From Thermodesulfobacteriota bacterium (GTDB taxonomy: Bacteria; Desulfobacterota_D; UBA1144; Nemesobacterales; N074bin48): DNA of 34,858 nucleotides. This document shows positions 17,864 through 27,675 of the stretch, piece after piece. The translations under genes and the position numbers were made by a program. The stretch's first letter is position 1, and the number at the start of each line of letters is the position of its first letter. The notes beneath the pieces are model-generated. The model was not told the origin of the DNA. It did not search any database and was given only the letters and a program-made list of their open reading frames with translations. The stretch is from NCBI GenBank assembly GCA_041572575.1, contig JBFFSH010000023.1:1-34858 (forward strand), given 5' to 3'.

Positions 17864-19159
17864 CTACAGATTTAACTTAGTTCTAAGAATATTGACATTG
17901 TAATAAGGCTCGCCCCTGTTCCTTGCAATTTCATAAATATCTTCTAATTCAGTTAGTATTGTATGGAGCTGTAATTTACCATCTTCAGAAAGTGATGCTT
18001 CTTTGGGTGATTTCCCACCAAGAATATCTAAAGGTTCATCTAGCCACTGTACATAATAATCATCCAGGATCGAGTCCATCTCTTTTTTATTTTTAACTCC
18101 TGGAGGCAGTCTGTCTACTTTATATTTTTTCTTATTCTTATTTACATTTATAAGCGAATTGAGATCTTTGATTGTATCTTTTTCATGTTTTAATACACCG
18201 TAAAATTTGGAGTCAAAGAGTTCTTTCATTTTTGATTGCGAGCTGTTTGAATAACATTCAAGGTTTAAATAGTTTTTATCAAGTTCAATAACTCCCTCAG
18301 TTTCCGGATTATTCTCCGATGCTATTAAATAAACTTTTAGATCATCAGTTTTCTTTATAATTGGAGTAATATTGGGGGTGTCATCGAGAAGCTCAATTGC
18401 AGCTTTGTGGTTAATTACTTTGTACTCTGAAATAGTGAATATAAATTCTTGTCCTAATGAATTAAGAAATCTGGGGTTTTTGGATATATTTTCCAGATAC
18501 TGGAAAATGAGGTACCCCCAGTCTTTTAAAAATTTCTTTATACTTGGTTTACCATCACATGAATTTTCATATTCTCTATACTCTTTTTTATAGAAATCCA
18601 GTATTAACGATTTAAAAGCGATTGGGTAGAGCGTGATAATGTCAGAAAAAAGCAGGGTGTTGTCAGACTGAAGAATTCTTGCTCCCAAAATACTATATAA
18701 TTTAGCTTTCTCAGCTGTAGATTTATCTACTATTGTAAATTTTTCTTCGGTAAATATATCGGAGATAATACATTTATTATCTTCAATAATATCTTCTAAT
18801 ATAAAAAAGCTGCAGATACTCTCTTTTGCTTGTTTTATTATTGTCTGTTCTATTTTGGATAAATCTTTTTTGTTTTCTTCATAGAAGGTAGAAATAATGG
18901 TTTTGCCTGAATCTATTAATTTGAAATCATATATAAACCAGTCAAAAAATCTGGAAAAAGATGATTCATCAATTTCATCCATTGCCAAATCTTCCGGAAG
19001 TAAATCAGGGTTATTTTTCCATATGTAGAATGCCTCTCCAATCTGAGAAGCAATATCTGGTTTTTCAGTAAATTCTGCTAGTTTTATTCTAAGCTCCTTT
19101 TCAAGCTGATCAAATTTGTACTGATTTAAATTAACAATTTGTGTGTCTTGTTTAGTCAT
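17864..19159 (-). CDS. Hypothetical protein with C-terminal Xre/MbcA/ParS-C (DUF2384)-like motif
   Basis: F.DWFIYD N-terminal block; C-terminal QWLDEPLDILGGKSPKEA. Confidence 0.6.
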   Translation of the reverse strand: MTKQDTQIVNLNQYKFDQLEKELRIKLAEFTEKPDIASQIGEAFYIWKNNPDLLPEDLAMDEIDESSFSRFFDWFIYDFKLIDSGKTIISTFYEENKKDLSKIEQTIIKQAKESICSFFILEDIIEDNKCIISDIFTEEKFTIVDKSTAEKAKLYSILGARILQSDNTLLFSDIITLYPIAFKSLILDFYKKEYREYENSCDGKPSIKKFLKDWGYLIFQYLENISKNPRFLNSLGQEFIFTISEYKVINHKAAIELLDDTPNITPIIKKTDDLKVYLIASENNPETEGVIELDKNYLNLECYSNSSQSKMKELFDSKFYGVLKHEKDTIKDLNSLINVNKNKKKYKVDRLPPGVKNKKEMDSILDDYYVQWLDEPLDILGGKSPKEASLSEDGKLQLHTILTELEDIYEIARNRGEPYYNVNILRTKLNL

Positions 19160-19196
19160 TTTTATTTATTATTAATTTGTATAATATTGTTGTAAA

Positions 19197-19667
19197 TCAA
19201 CAAGGTATACTACCAAACATTTTTTCCAATACCTGCTTTCTAAATTCGAAAATTCTATTTAGCTGTTTTGAGATGAATAAATTATTAATGATACGTGAAA
19301 CAGGGTCTAAGGGAAGGCTGTAGTTTACGATATCTATAGCTTGTGTTGTATTATCTGAGAGTTTTTTGAATTTATGTTGGTGATGCCAAAATTTGTATGG
19401 GCCAAACCTCTGTTCATCAATAAAATAGTTTAAATAATCGACTTGAGTAATTTCTGTAACCCATGTCTGTTTTATTCCGGCCAACGGTGTTACGTCATAC
19501 TCTATTATCATGCCTGCATACATTTTGTCGGCAGTCTCTGATTTTACCTTTAGTCCAAGTTCAGGTGGAGTGATTTGTTCTAGATTAGACGGATTAGAAA
19601 AGAAATTCCAGCATTCACATAGTCCAATTGGTAATATTTGGGTCTTATTGAGAGTGTATAGTTTCAT
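19197..19667 (-). CDS. SRPBCC (START-like) family protein
   Basis: WNFFSNPSNLEQITPP, WVTEIT, FIDEQRFGPYKFWHHQH, IFEFR. Confidence 0.9.
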   Translation of the reverse strand: MKLYTLNKTQILPIGLCECWNFFSNPSNLEQITPPELGLKVKSETADKMYAGMIIEYDVTPLAGIKQTWVTEITQVDYLNYFIDEQRFGPYKFWHHQHKFKKLSDNTTQAIDIVNYSLPLDPVSRIINNLFISKQLNRIFEFRKQVLEKMFGSIPC

Positions 19668-19724
19668 GGAAATGTATTTAGTTTAATAATATTAATTAGT
19701 AGCCCTGATGACTTATTAGTCAAG

Positions 19725-20888
19725 TTAATAGTCTGCTCTTTCAGGGGCCTTTGGAAGGCCTATTAAAAGCCAGATAAATAGGAATATTATTATAAATGCC
19801 AGTGGGTATAAGATTCCAAAATTATATAGATAACCTGCAAGTATACCTCCTACTCCAGCTCCGGAAAAACTCGATAGATTATAAAACCCTGTAGATACTC
19901 CCCTGAATTCCGATGGAACGCGCTGAGTTAAAAACGTAGGCATTAATGACTGAAATATTGTATGGCCTATAAAAAACACAATACCTACAAATAGCAGAAG
20001 GTTTTTATCGGATTCTACAAAAAGATAAGAAACAAAGCAAATAAGCAGCAACAGCCATGCAGCTTTTGTAGATATTTTAAGGTTTTTATTTTTTTCAGCC
20101 CTCCTGATATAAGGAAATACAACAAGAAAGCTCGGAACAAGAATAATTAAATAAGCTTCCCATATATTCTCACTAGATTCTCCAAGCAGAACCCATGTTA
20201 GAGGAAATACAAACAGGAAAATATTTGTCGTTATCGAATTTATAAATGCGGAGAAAAATAGAGTTTTAATGTCTTTATTCTTTAAATATGCATAAAGACG
20301 AGTCTTGTTTATCTCTAGTTTCTTGACCTCTATATCAGGGAAATATAAAAGTGTTGCAGCAATTGCTATAACACCAAGAACAGCCAATATAAAAAAGAGA
20401 CTCTCAAAACCCAGCTTTGCTGCAAGCAGCGGTCCAAGGAGCATTCCTACAATAAATGTAACGCCAATCATAATTCCTGTTATTGTAAAAGACTGAGCTC
20501 TTACCTCGGGTCTTGTAAGATCGCCAAGAGATGAAATTGCTACAGAGCTTATGGCTCCGCTTCCCTGAAGAACCCTAGCCAGTATAAGCTCGTTTATATT
20601 ATCGGCAAATCCGCAGAGTACGCTTCCAATAATAAATATAAGGATTCCAAATATTAATACTCTTTTTCTGCCGAATTTGTCACTTGCCCATCCAAAGGGT
20701 ATCTGCAGCAGGCTCTGTGATATTGCATATATACCAAAGGCTATGCCAGCAGTGATTTTTGTTGCAAGCGGATATTCAAGCACATATATACTAAATGTAG
20801 GTAATATTAAAAATATACCCAGAAGGCGTATTGAAATAATTACGCTTACGCTTAGTACAGCTTTTTTTTCTTGTTTGTTTAGGCTCAT
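19725..20888 (-). CDS. MFS transporter (YajR-like)
   Basis: RLLGIFLILP, motif A GWASDKFGRK, ARVLQGSGA, about 12 TM helices. Confidence 0.92.
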   Translation of the reverse strand: MSLNKQEKKAVLSVSVIISIRLLGIFLILPTFSIYVLEYPLATKITAGIAFGIYAISQSLLQIPFGWASDKFGRKRVLIFGILIFIIGSVLCGFADNINELILARVLQGSGAISSVAISSLGDLTRPEVRAQSFTITGIMIGVTFIVGMLLGPLLAAKLGFESLFFILAVLGVIAIAATLLYFPDIEVKKLEINKTRLYAYLKNKDIKTLFFSAFINSITTNIFLFVFPLTWVLLGESSENIWEAYLIILVPSFLVVFPYIRRAEKNKNLKISTKAAWLLLLICFVSYLFVESDKNLLLFVGIVFFIGHTIFQSLMPTFLTQRVPSEFRGVSTGFYNLSSFSGAGVGGILAGYLYNFGILYPLAFIIIFLFIWLLIGLPKAPERADY

Positions 20889-20978
20889 TTAATTTTAATG
20901 ACTTATAAAATAGCTGATTATTCTATCATCAGATAACTAAATTGATACAGTTATCTTATATGTTAATCTTAAAATTCA

Positions 20979-22505
20979 ATGGAAATCTTAAAAAAGAGCC
21001 AAATAATCGATTTTGATTCATTGGACAAAGAAATTTTTGTAAATACTTTATCCAGATCACAAGAGCTTGCAAAACTAATAGATAAAGGCAGCAGATTATT
21101 GCCAAACTATTACAATTTTGTTTTTGACCTGTTCCTGTGCTTTTATAAGGCTGAAATGCTATACAACAAAAAATTTGAACAAGGTAAAGGAGTAAATCTA
21201 TTTAAAACTTTTATAGACGATATATATAAAAATGAGTTTTTAAAATATATAAGAAACGATACCTTTCTCGATGAAACAAAATCTGCTGTAGCAACTGTTA
21301 CATTTGGAAATTCGGTGCTGGAGTGGCTTAAAACCAACAATTTTTTCTCCAAAAAATCGTTTTCTGATCTAAATAAAATAGAGAATATAGAAGAAGAAAT
21401 TAAGGAGATTAATAGTGAGCTTGAGGTCATAAAAGATATTCAAGAGAAAAATAATGATGAAGATTTAGCAAAAAAGCTGGATTCGATAGAAAATGAAAAG
21501 AATATTGATATTCACAGACTTCAAGATGAGATGGATGATTCATTAAATAATATGAATAAGAAAATCACTGACAATAAGGATCAGATAACAAATTTTATTA
21601 ATACCGGTCTTATGGATATGGACGCTAGAATGAGTGATTACTATTCAAATAGCACACTTCTTGAAGATAATATTAATTCTTCAGCAAATTCTGAGGCAGG
21701 ACAGAAAATTGATCTGGCCCATAAATTAATTGAAAACGATAAACTTAGAAAACTTGCAAATATGATGGGAAGCTTAAGAGATATTATGCACTCTGTTAGA
21801 AACAAAAACTGGAGAACCAGAACTGATGAAATACATTCTATCACTCTGGGAAATGATATCGGTAAGGCAATTTCTTCTGAAATTATAAAGCTTTCAAATG
21901 ATGCACTTAAAAAAGATTTTTTCTTAAAATATTTAGACGGACAGCTACAGCAATATCACCTAAAAGATAACAGATCCAAAGGGCCATTTATTATATGTCT
22001 AGACTGCAGCTCATCAATGAGTGGTGAAAAGGAAATATGGTCAAAAGGGGTAGCTCTTACACTTGCCGAGACTGCAAGAAAACAGAAAAGAAAGTGTGAT
22101 ATACTTGCCTTTACCTCGGGAGATTATGAAGTAAAACATTTTGATTTATCAAACAGCAGTATTAAATCTATTGATAGTGAGCAGTTTATTAGTGTTGCAG
22201 AATATTTTCCAGGGGGCGGTACGAGTTTTGAAAAACCTCTAACAAAAGCGCTTGATTTGCTAAAAGAGTATAGAGAAAATAATGCCGATATTGTATTTAT
22301 TACTGACGGAGAGTCACATATAGGACCAGGCTGGCTTGAATCATTCAAAGAGGATAAAAAGAACTATGAATTTAAAGTGTACTCGATATTGATTGACCTG
22401 GTGGGAAATGAAAGCCAGCGTACACTAGAAATGTTTAGTGATAAAATTACAAATGTTAAGAATTTAACTGCAGATAATTCTAAAAAAATATTTGTTGATA
22501 TTTAA
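20979..22505 (+). CDS. VWA domain protein (ViaA-like)
   Basis: MIDAS DCSSSM, GGGTSF, FITDGE; ITLGNDI upstream block; central coiled coil. Confidence 0.85.
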   Translation: MEILKKSQIIDFDSLDKEIFVNTLSRSQELAKLIDKGSRLLPNYYNFVFDLFLCFYKAEMLYNKKFEQGKGVNLFKTFIDDIYKNEFLKYIRNDTFLDETKSAVATVTFGNSVLEWLKTNNFFSKKSFSDLNKIENIEEEIKEINSELEVIKDIQEKNNDEDLAKKLDSIENEKNIDIHRLQDEMDDSLNNMNKKITDNKDQITNFINTGLMDMDARMSDYYSNSTLLEDNINSSANSEAGQKIDLAHKLIENDKLRKLANMMGSLRDIMHSVRNKNWRTRTDEIHSITLGNDIGKAISSEIIKLSNDALKKDFFLKYLDGQLQQYHLKDNRSKGPFIICLDCSSSMSGEKEIWSKGVALTLAETARKQKRKCDILAFTSGDYEVKHFDLSNSSIKSIDSEQFISVAEYFPGGGTSFEKPLTKALDLLKEYRENNADIVFITDGESHIGPGWLESFKEDKKNYEFKVYSILIDLVGNESQRTLEMFSDKITNVKNLTADNSKKIFVDI

Positions 22506-22529
22506 CCCTAATCCGATTATCAATATACA

Positions 22530-23615
22530 ATGCGACCTACATGGGCTGAGATAAATTTAAAGGCTCTTTCTCAAAACTTTTTAAGAACAGCCGAACTTGT
22601 TGGCGAAAAAGTTAAGATTATGGCCATAGTTAAAGCAGATGGTTATGGCCATGGTGCTGTAAGAGTTAGCCAAACTCTACAGGAGCAGGAATGCCACATG
22701 TTTGGCGTTGCTACTGTGGATGAAGGCCTCGAACTACGAAATTCTGGAATAAATACCCCAATTATTATCCTAAGCGGTATTTGTTCTGATGAGATCGAAA
22801 TAGTTGTAAAAAACAAGTTAATTCCTGTAGTTTTTTCATTAGACCTTTTAAAACAACTGGACAAATATGGTTATAAAAACAATATGAAAATTAAGTATCA
22901 TCTAAAAATTGATACTGGGATGAACAGGCTTGGACTACAAAGTGAAAAATTAAATGAATATTTATCTGATTTATTAAGTCTAAATAATGTAATAATGGAA
23001 GGAGTCTTTACACATCTTTCAAGTGCAGACTGTGATGAGGCATATACTAGTAACCAAATTTTAATATTTAAGCAGATTTGTGATGAATTTAATAAAAAAG
23101 GGATAAAGCCGATATATTATCACAGTGCCAATAGTGCAGCACTACAAAGGTTTAAAGATTCACATTTTAATCTTGTAAGACCTGGAATCATGATATATGG
23201 AGCAAGTGCAGCGGATGATATATATTTACATCCGGTAATGAAGCTTAAATCTAAGATTATCCAGATTAAAGAGCTACCTAAAGGAGCCAGAGTAAGCTAT
23301 GGAGGAACATTTATTACTGAAAGGGTAACTAAAATTGCTGTACTTCCAATAGGATATGCAGATGGATATTCGAGACACTTATCAAATAAAGGGGTTGTAA
23401 GCGTAAACGGTTTTACAGCTCCTGTAATTGGTAGGGTTTGTATGGATCTTACTATAATTGATATTACAAATCTTAAAGATATAAATGTTGGTGATGAAGC
23501 AGTATTGTTTGGAGATGAAAATATCAGCGTAGATTATATTGCATCACTTGCAGACACGATATCGTACGAACTACTCTCAATTGTAGGAAAAAGAGTTCGG
23601 AGGGTATATTTATAG
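22530..23615 (+). CDS. alr: Alanine racemase
   Basis: PLP-Lys motif AIVKADGYGHG, HLKIDTGMNRLG, HSANSAA, VRPGI, VSYG, GYADG, GRVCMD. Confidence 0.97.
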   Translation: MRPTWAEINLKALSQNFLRTAELVGEKVKIMAIVKADGYGHGAVRVSQTLQEQECHMFGVATVDEGLELRNSGINTPIIILSGICSDEIEIVVKNKLIPVVFSLDLLKQLDKYGYKNNMKIKYHLKIDTGMNRLGLQSEKLNEYLSDLLSLNNVIMEGVFTHLSSADCDEAYTSNQILIFKQICDEFNKKGIKPIYYHSANSAALQRFKDSHFNLVRPGIMIYGASAADDIYLHPVMKLKSKIIQIKELPKGARVSYGGTFITERVTKIAVLPIGYADGYSRHLSNKGVVSVNGFTAPVIGRVCMDLTIIDITNLKDINVGDEAVLFGDENISVDYIASLADTISYELLSIVGKRVRRVYL

Positions 23616-23637
23616 TTTAGGTGTGGGGGAATTTATA

Positions 23638-25059
23638 TTGAATCGTTTTAAGCATTTTATATATATTGCTATATTTTTGATTATTACCTCCCTATCTATA
23701 AGTGCGGAAGAAATAAGTTTTGGTCCTTTGTTTGACTATACGAACAACCCTGAGCTTAACAAAAAGCATATTACTGCTCTCGGCCCTTTCTTTATCTATA
23801 AAACAGAAGATCATAAAAAACAATATGGATTCAGACCCCTGTTCTACAATGAATATGATTATGAAAAAGATAAACACTATCTGGATATAGCTTATCCATT
23901 TGCAGGATACAGAAGGCATGAGAATAACAGAGCTTTCAATATATTCTTCTTTATAAATTATAACTCCACTGATAGAAAGAACGATATACAAAGAAAATTT
24001 AGTATTTTCCCGCTTTTCTTTTCTAGCTTTTCTGAAGATAAGGAAGATAACTATTTAGCGCTTTTCCCTCTATACGGAAATATTAAGAATAAATTTCACA
24101 AGGAAAGGATTAAATTTGTGCTGTTTCCCTTGTTTTTACAGACTGAGAGTGAAGGGGAGATAAACAATAATATATTGTGGCCTTTTATCGGCTATCAAAA
24201 AGGGCAAGATGTTGAGGGTTTTAAATTCTGGCCTTTTTATGGGTATAAGAAAAAGAAAAAATCTTATTACGATGAAAAATTCGTATTATGGCCTTTTTAT
24301 GTAAAAAGAGAAAAACAGTTTTATGATGAGAGAGTAAGATATGTATCATACCTTCCGTTCTACTCAGAGCTTGACTCAAAAAACATAAACCAGAAATCAT
24401 ACCTCTGGCCGTTATTCAATAAATATACAGACAGGAAAAACGGATTTGAAAGAATCGATGCCCCATGGCCGGTTTTTAACTTTACCAGAGGGGAAAAATA
24501 CGAAAACAGGTTTTTCCCGTTTTTTGCAAATGAAGTTTCAGGAGAAGACAAAGACGGATATTTTCTCTGGCCTTTGTATAGCTATAGAGTCACGGATCTT
24601 GAGGATTATAGGATATCAAAAAAATATTATATGCTTTTTCTTTATAAGGATGTAATGGAAATACCAAAAAACTTAAACGGCAGAACATCTAGAAGAATTG
24701 ACCTGTGGCCAATATTTTCATATCACAGGGACAGAAAAGGAAACAGGAAAATAAATATTTTATCAATACTAAGCCCCTTTTTGCCGGATAACAGACAAAT
24801 AGAGAACAACTTTTCGCCTTTTTGGACTCTTTATGAGAAGAAAAAAATGGTAACAGGAGAAGAAACAACTACTATATTATGGAATACTTATAAAAGCAGG
24901 AAATCGGATGACAGCAGGCAGGTTAAGATAAGCCCGCTTTTACCTTTATTTGAATACAATAGACATGATAACATTCAAGTCTATAAATTCTTTGGAGGTT
25001 TGATAGACATTAAAAGAATAAAATTTATAAGTAAGACTGAATTTGCGCTTTTAAATTAG
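23638..25059 (+). CDS. Exported aromatic-rich protein built of about 20 (W/F)P(F/L)(Y/F) repeats
   Basis: Signal peptide ending ISA-E; recurring ILWPFIGY, KFWPFYGY, VLWPFYVK, YLWPLFNK etc. about every 14-25 aa; TTG 23638 behind GGGGGA preferred over GTG 23623. Confidence 0.75.
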   Translation: MNRFKHFIYIAIFLIITSLSISAEEISFGPLFDYTNNPELNKKHITALGPFFIYKTEDHKKQYGFRPLFYNEYDYEKDKHYLDIAYPFAGYRRHENNRAFNIFFFINYNSTDRKNDIQRKFSIFPLFFSSFSEDKEDNYLALFPLYGNIKNKFHKERIKFVLFPLFLQTESEGEINNNILWPFIGYQKGQDVEGFKFWPFYGYKKKKKSYYDEKFVLWPFYVKREKQFYDERVRYVSYLPFYSELDSKNINQKSYLWPLFNKYTDRKNGFERIDAPWPVFNFTRGEKYENRFFPFFANEVSGEDKDGYFLWPLYSYRVTDLEDYRISKKYYMLFLYKDVMEIPKNLNGRTSRRIDLWPIFSYHRDRKGNRKINILSILSPFLPDNRQIENNFSPFWTLYEKKKMVTGEETTTILWNTYKSRKSDDSRQVKISPLLPLFEYNRHDNIQVYKFFGGLIDIKRIKFISKTEFALLN

Positions 25060-25088
25060 CAATAACTTATGATATACATGATAGTAAT

Positions 25089-25859
25089 ATGATAAAAGGC
25101 ATGAATTCCCTGTTTAATACAACGGGTGGAATAATAAATTTATTTATTGAGAGTTTATACTGGTCAAAAGACTTTATGGCCAATAGAGATAAAATATACT
25201 TTCAGATAATTAATATTGGAAATAATACAATACCAGTAGCTGCTCTCATATCTCTTTTTATTGGTGGTGTGCTTGCCTTACAAACTGGTCCCCAACTTGC
25301 TCAATTTGGTGTAGAAGAAAGTATTGGAGGTATTGTTGGCCTATCCATGGTAAAGGAGCTTGGCCCGGTGATGGCGGCTATTTTAATTGCCGGAAGAATA
25401 GGCTCTGCGATGACAGCTGAGATAAGCTCTATGACTGTATACGAAGAAGTAGACGCCTTAAAAACCATGGATATTAATCCTGTAAAGTATCTTGTAATGC
25501 CAAGACTGCTGGCGGTCATTATAGCGATGCCAATATTGGTCGTATTTATGGATCTAGTTGGCTGGTTTGGAGGAGCTGTAGTATCTGCTGTAAACCAGGA
25601 CATAAATGTTTCTTATCCTATATATTTCAAGAATTTAAAAGAGCTTGTAGATTTTGTTGCCATACTAAATGGAATGATTAAATCAGTAATCTTTGGAATT
25701 TTAATTATATCCATATGCGGTTATGTGGGACTTAGTACCAGGGGAGGGCCAAGAGAGATTGGAACCTCTGTTACAAGGGCTGTTGTACTGTCTTTTATTA
25801 CAGTATTAATTTCTGACTACTTTATCACAAGGTTTTTATTTCTCATTGGGCTGGACTAA
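25089..25859 (+). CDS. mlaE: MCE ABC transporter permease
   Basis: KELGPVMAAILIAGRIGSAMTAEI, EEVDALKTMDINP..YLVMPR, GGPREIG.SVT.AVV. Confidence 0.95.
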   Translation: MIKGMNSLFNTTGGIINLFIESLYWSKDFMANRDKIYFQIINIGNNTIPVAALISLFIGGVLALQTGPQLAQFGVEESIGGIVGLSMVKELGPVMAAILIAGRIGSAMTAEISSMTVYEEVDALKTMDINPVKYLVMPRLLAVIIAMPILVVFMDLVGWFGGAVVSAVNQDINVSYPIYFKNLKELVDFVAILNGMIKSVIFGILIISICGYVGLSTRGGPREIGTSVTRAVVLSFITVLISDYFITRFLFLIGLD

Positions 25860-25862
25860 AAT

Positions 25863-26648
25863 ATGGAAGCACAAAGAAAACAAAATATTAGTAGTAATGA
25901 TATACTTTCCTACTTAAGTGGAAAAGCCGTAAGTGTCACTGTATCTAATGTTTGTAAATCTTTTGGCAGCAATCAGGTATTAAAAAACTTATCCCTAGAA
26001 GTCAGGCCATCAGAAACCCTCGTAATACTTGGTAAAAGCGGTTCTGGGAAAAGTGTACTGCTAAAACATATTGTTGGCTTACTACAGCCTGATAGTGGAA
26101 ATATCTATATAAACGGAGACAACATTACAGAAATTGCAGGCAGAAAAAAACATAGTATTGCTATGGTATTCCAGTCATCAGCTCTGCTTAATTCGCTTAC
26201 AGTAGAAGAAAATGTTGCGCTCTACCTTAAGGAGCACAATATTATTAAAGATGATAATGATATAGCCGCCTTAGTTTCATCATGTCTATCTATAGTTGGA
26301 CTACAAGGAAAGGAAAATGTAATGCCTTCGGAGCTTAGTGGTGGAATGAAAAAAAGGGTAGCTGTTGCAAGGGCGTTAATTACTAATCCTGACTTAATAC
26401 TGTTTGATGAGCCTACAGCGGGGCTTGATCCTATGCTGGTAGGAAATATTGCCCAACTTGTAAACAGCCTGAAAACAAATATAAAAGTTACTCAGATATT
26501 AGTTACTCATAATGTAAGTCTGGCGTCTAAAATAGCAGACAGAGTAGCTTTACTTTATGATGGAAGAATATTTAAAGTCAGTTCGTTTGAAGAAATGAGA
26601 CTTAGTACTGAGCCTGAAATAAGGCAGTTCTTTGATTCAAGTATGTGA
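25863..26648 (+). CDS. mlaF: MCE ABC transporter ATP-binding protein
   Basis: Walker A GKSGSGKS, LSGGMKKR, Walker B ILFDEPTAGLDP, VTH. Confidence 0.95.
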   Translation: MEAQRKQNISSNDILSYLSGKAVSVTVSNVCKSFGSNQVLKNLSLEVRPSETLVILGKSGSGKSVLLKHIVGLLQPDSGNIYINGDNITEIAGRKKHSIAMVFQSSALLNSLTVEENVALYLKEHNIIKDDNDIAALVSSCLSIVGLQGKENVMPSELSGGMKKRVAVARALITNPDLILFDEPTAGLDPMLVGNIAQLVNSLKTNIKVTQILVTHNVSLASKIADRVALLYDGRIFKVSSFEEMRLSTEPEIRQFFDSSM

Positions 26649-26664
26649 ATAAAGGAGGTTGTAA

Positions 26665-27657
26665 ATAAATAACAATACAAGGGCAGGTTTATTTTTCTTA
26701 GTTGGATTCTTATTGCTGTTGTTTGTCTTTGAGTTTGTAGGAGACCTTCCTTTTTTTGAAAATCAAAACCGTTTTCAAGTCTATTTTAAGAATATCAGCG
26801 AGCTTAGAGTGGGAAATCCTGTTAAATTTTCTGGACTTGAGGTAGGTAAAGTAACCGATATAAAAATAGATAAGGGAAGGATTGCTGTCACATTTAAAGC
26901 GGATAAAGATGTACCTATAAGAGAAGATTCAAAGGCTACTATCAGGCTTACAAGCCTTTTGGGTACAAGCTACCTTAATGTGGACTATGGAACTCAAAGT
27001 GCTAAGCTAGCTGCTGCCGGATCTACACTTGTAAGCGAAGAACCTGCGGATATAAATGAGATATTATCAAATGTTCAAAATACTATAAGCTCAATAAGCT
27101 CCACTTTTGAAACCTTTGATATATTTGGAGAAAATAAAGAAGATGTTTCTAGTCTTATAAAAAACCTAAATACTGTTGTAAAAAATCTCTCAGAAGGTAA
27201 GGGCACATTAGGTAAGCTTATTAACGAAGATAAGCTCTATAATGATGCGACAAGTACATTTGCTAACGTAAGCGATATAACAAGTTCAATTAAAAGTGGA
27301 AAGGGCACATTGGGAAAATTACTTACAGATGAGTCTTTATACAATGAAACAAGAACTGCTATGACAAATCTTGGAGAATTTACTGAAAACATTAGTCTTG
27401 AGGGTGGGTCTTTGGGAAAACTTTTAAATGATGACACCCTTTATAATGAAGCAACTGAAGCTGCTACTAACTTAAATGCAATTCTTAAAAAAATTAATAG
27501 TGGGCAGGGAACTCTTGGGCTTCTTGTAAATGATGACTCACTTTATTTGGACGCTAAGGATACGTTGCAAAAGGTAGATAAGGGTGTTGATACAGTAGAG
27601 GACTTAGCCCCACTTGGAATAGTAGGAACTGTATTTGGAGTAGTTAGATTTTTCTAA
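26665..27657 (+). CDS. mlaD: MCE/MlaD family protein with long helical C-terminus; probable ATA start
   Basis: L.VGNPVKFSGLEVGKV, SLLGTSYL MCE motifs; frame extends 16 codons upstream of TTG 26713 as (I)NNNTRAGLFFLVGFL, 5 nt after AAGGAGGT. Confidence 0.9.
   Translation: MNNNTRAGLFFLVGFLLLLFVFEFVGDLPFFENQNRFQVYFKNISELRVGNPVKFSGLEVGKVTDIKIDKGRIAVTFKADKDVPIREDSKATIRLTSLLGTSYLNVDYGTQSAKLAAAGSTLVSEEPADINEILSNVQNTISSISSTFETFDIFGENKEDVSSLIKNLNTVVKNLSEGKGTLGKLINEDKLYNDATSTFANVSDITSSIKSGKGTLGKLLTDESLYNETRTAMTNLGEFTENISLEGGSLGKLLNDDTLYNEATEAATNLNAILKKINSGQGTLGLLVNDDSLYLDAKDTLQKVDKGVDTVEDLAPLGIVGTVFGVVRFF
27193..27549 (+). repeat. Four G(T/S)LGKL..D..LY protein repeats in MlaD
   Basis: GKGTLGKLINEDKLYN, GKGTLGKLLTDESLYN, GGSLGKLLNDDTLYN, GQGTLGLLVNDDSLYL, spaced about 34 aa. 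Confidence 0.85.
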
Positions 27658-27675
27658 TTAACACATTTATTCTAA

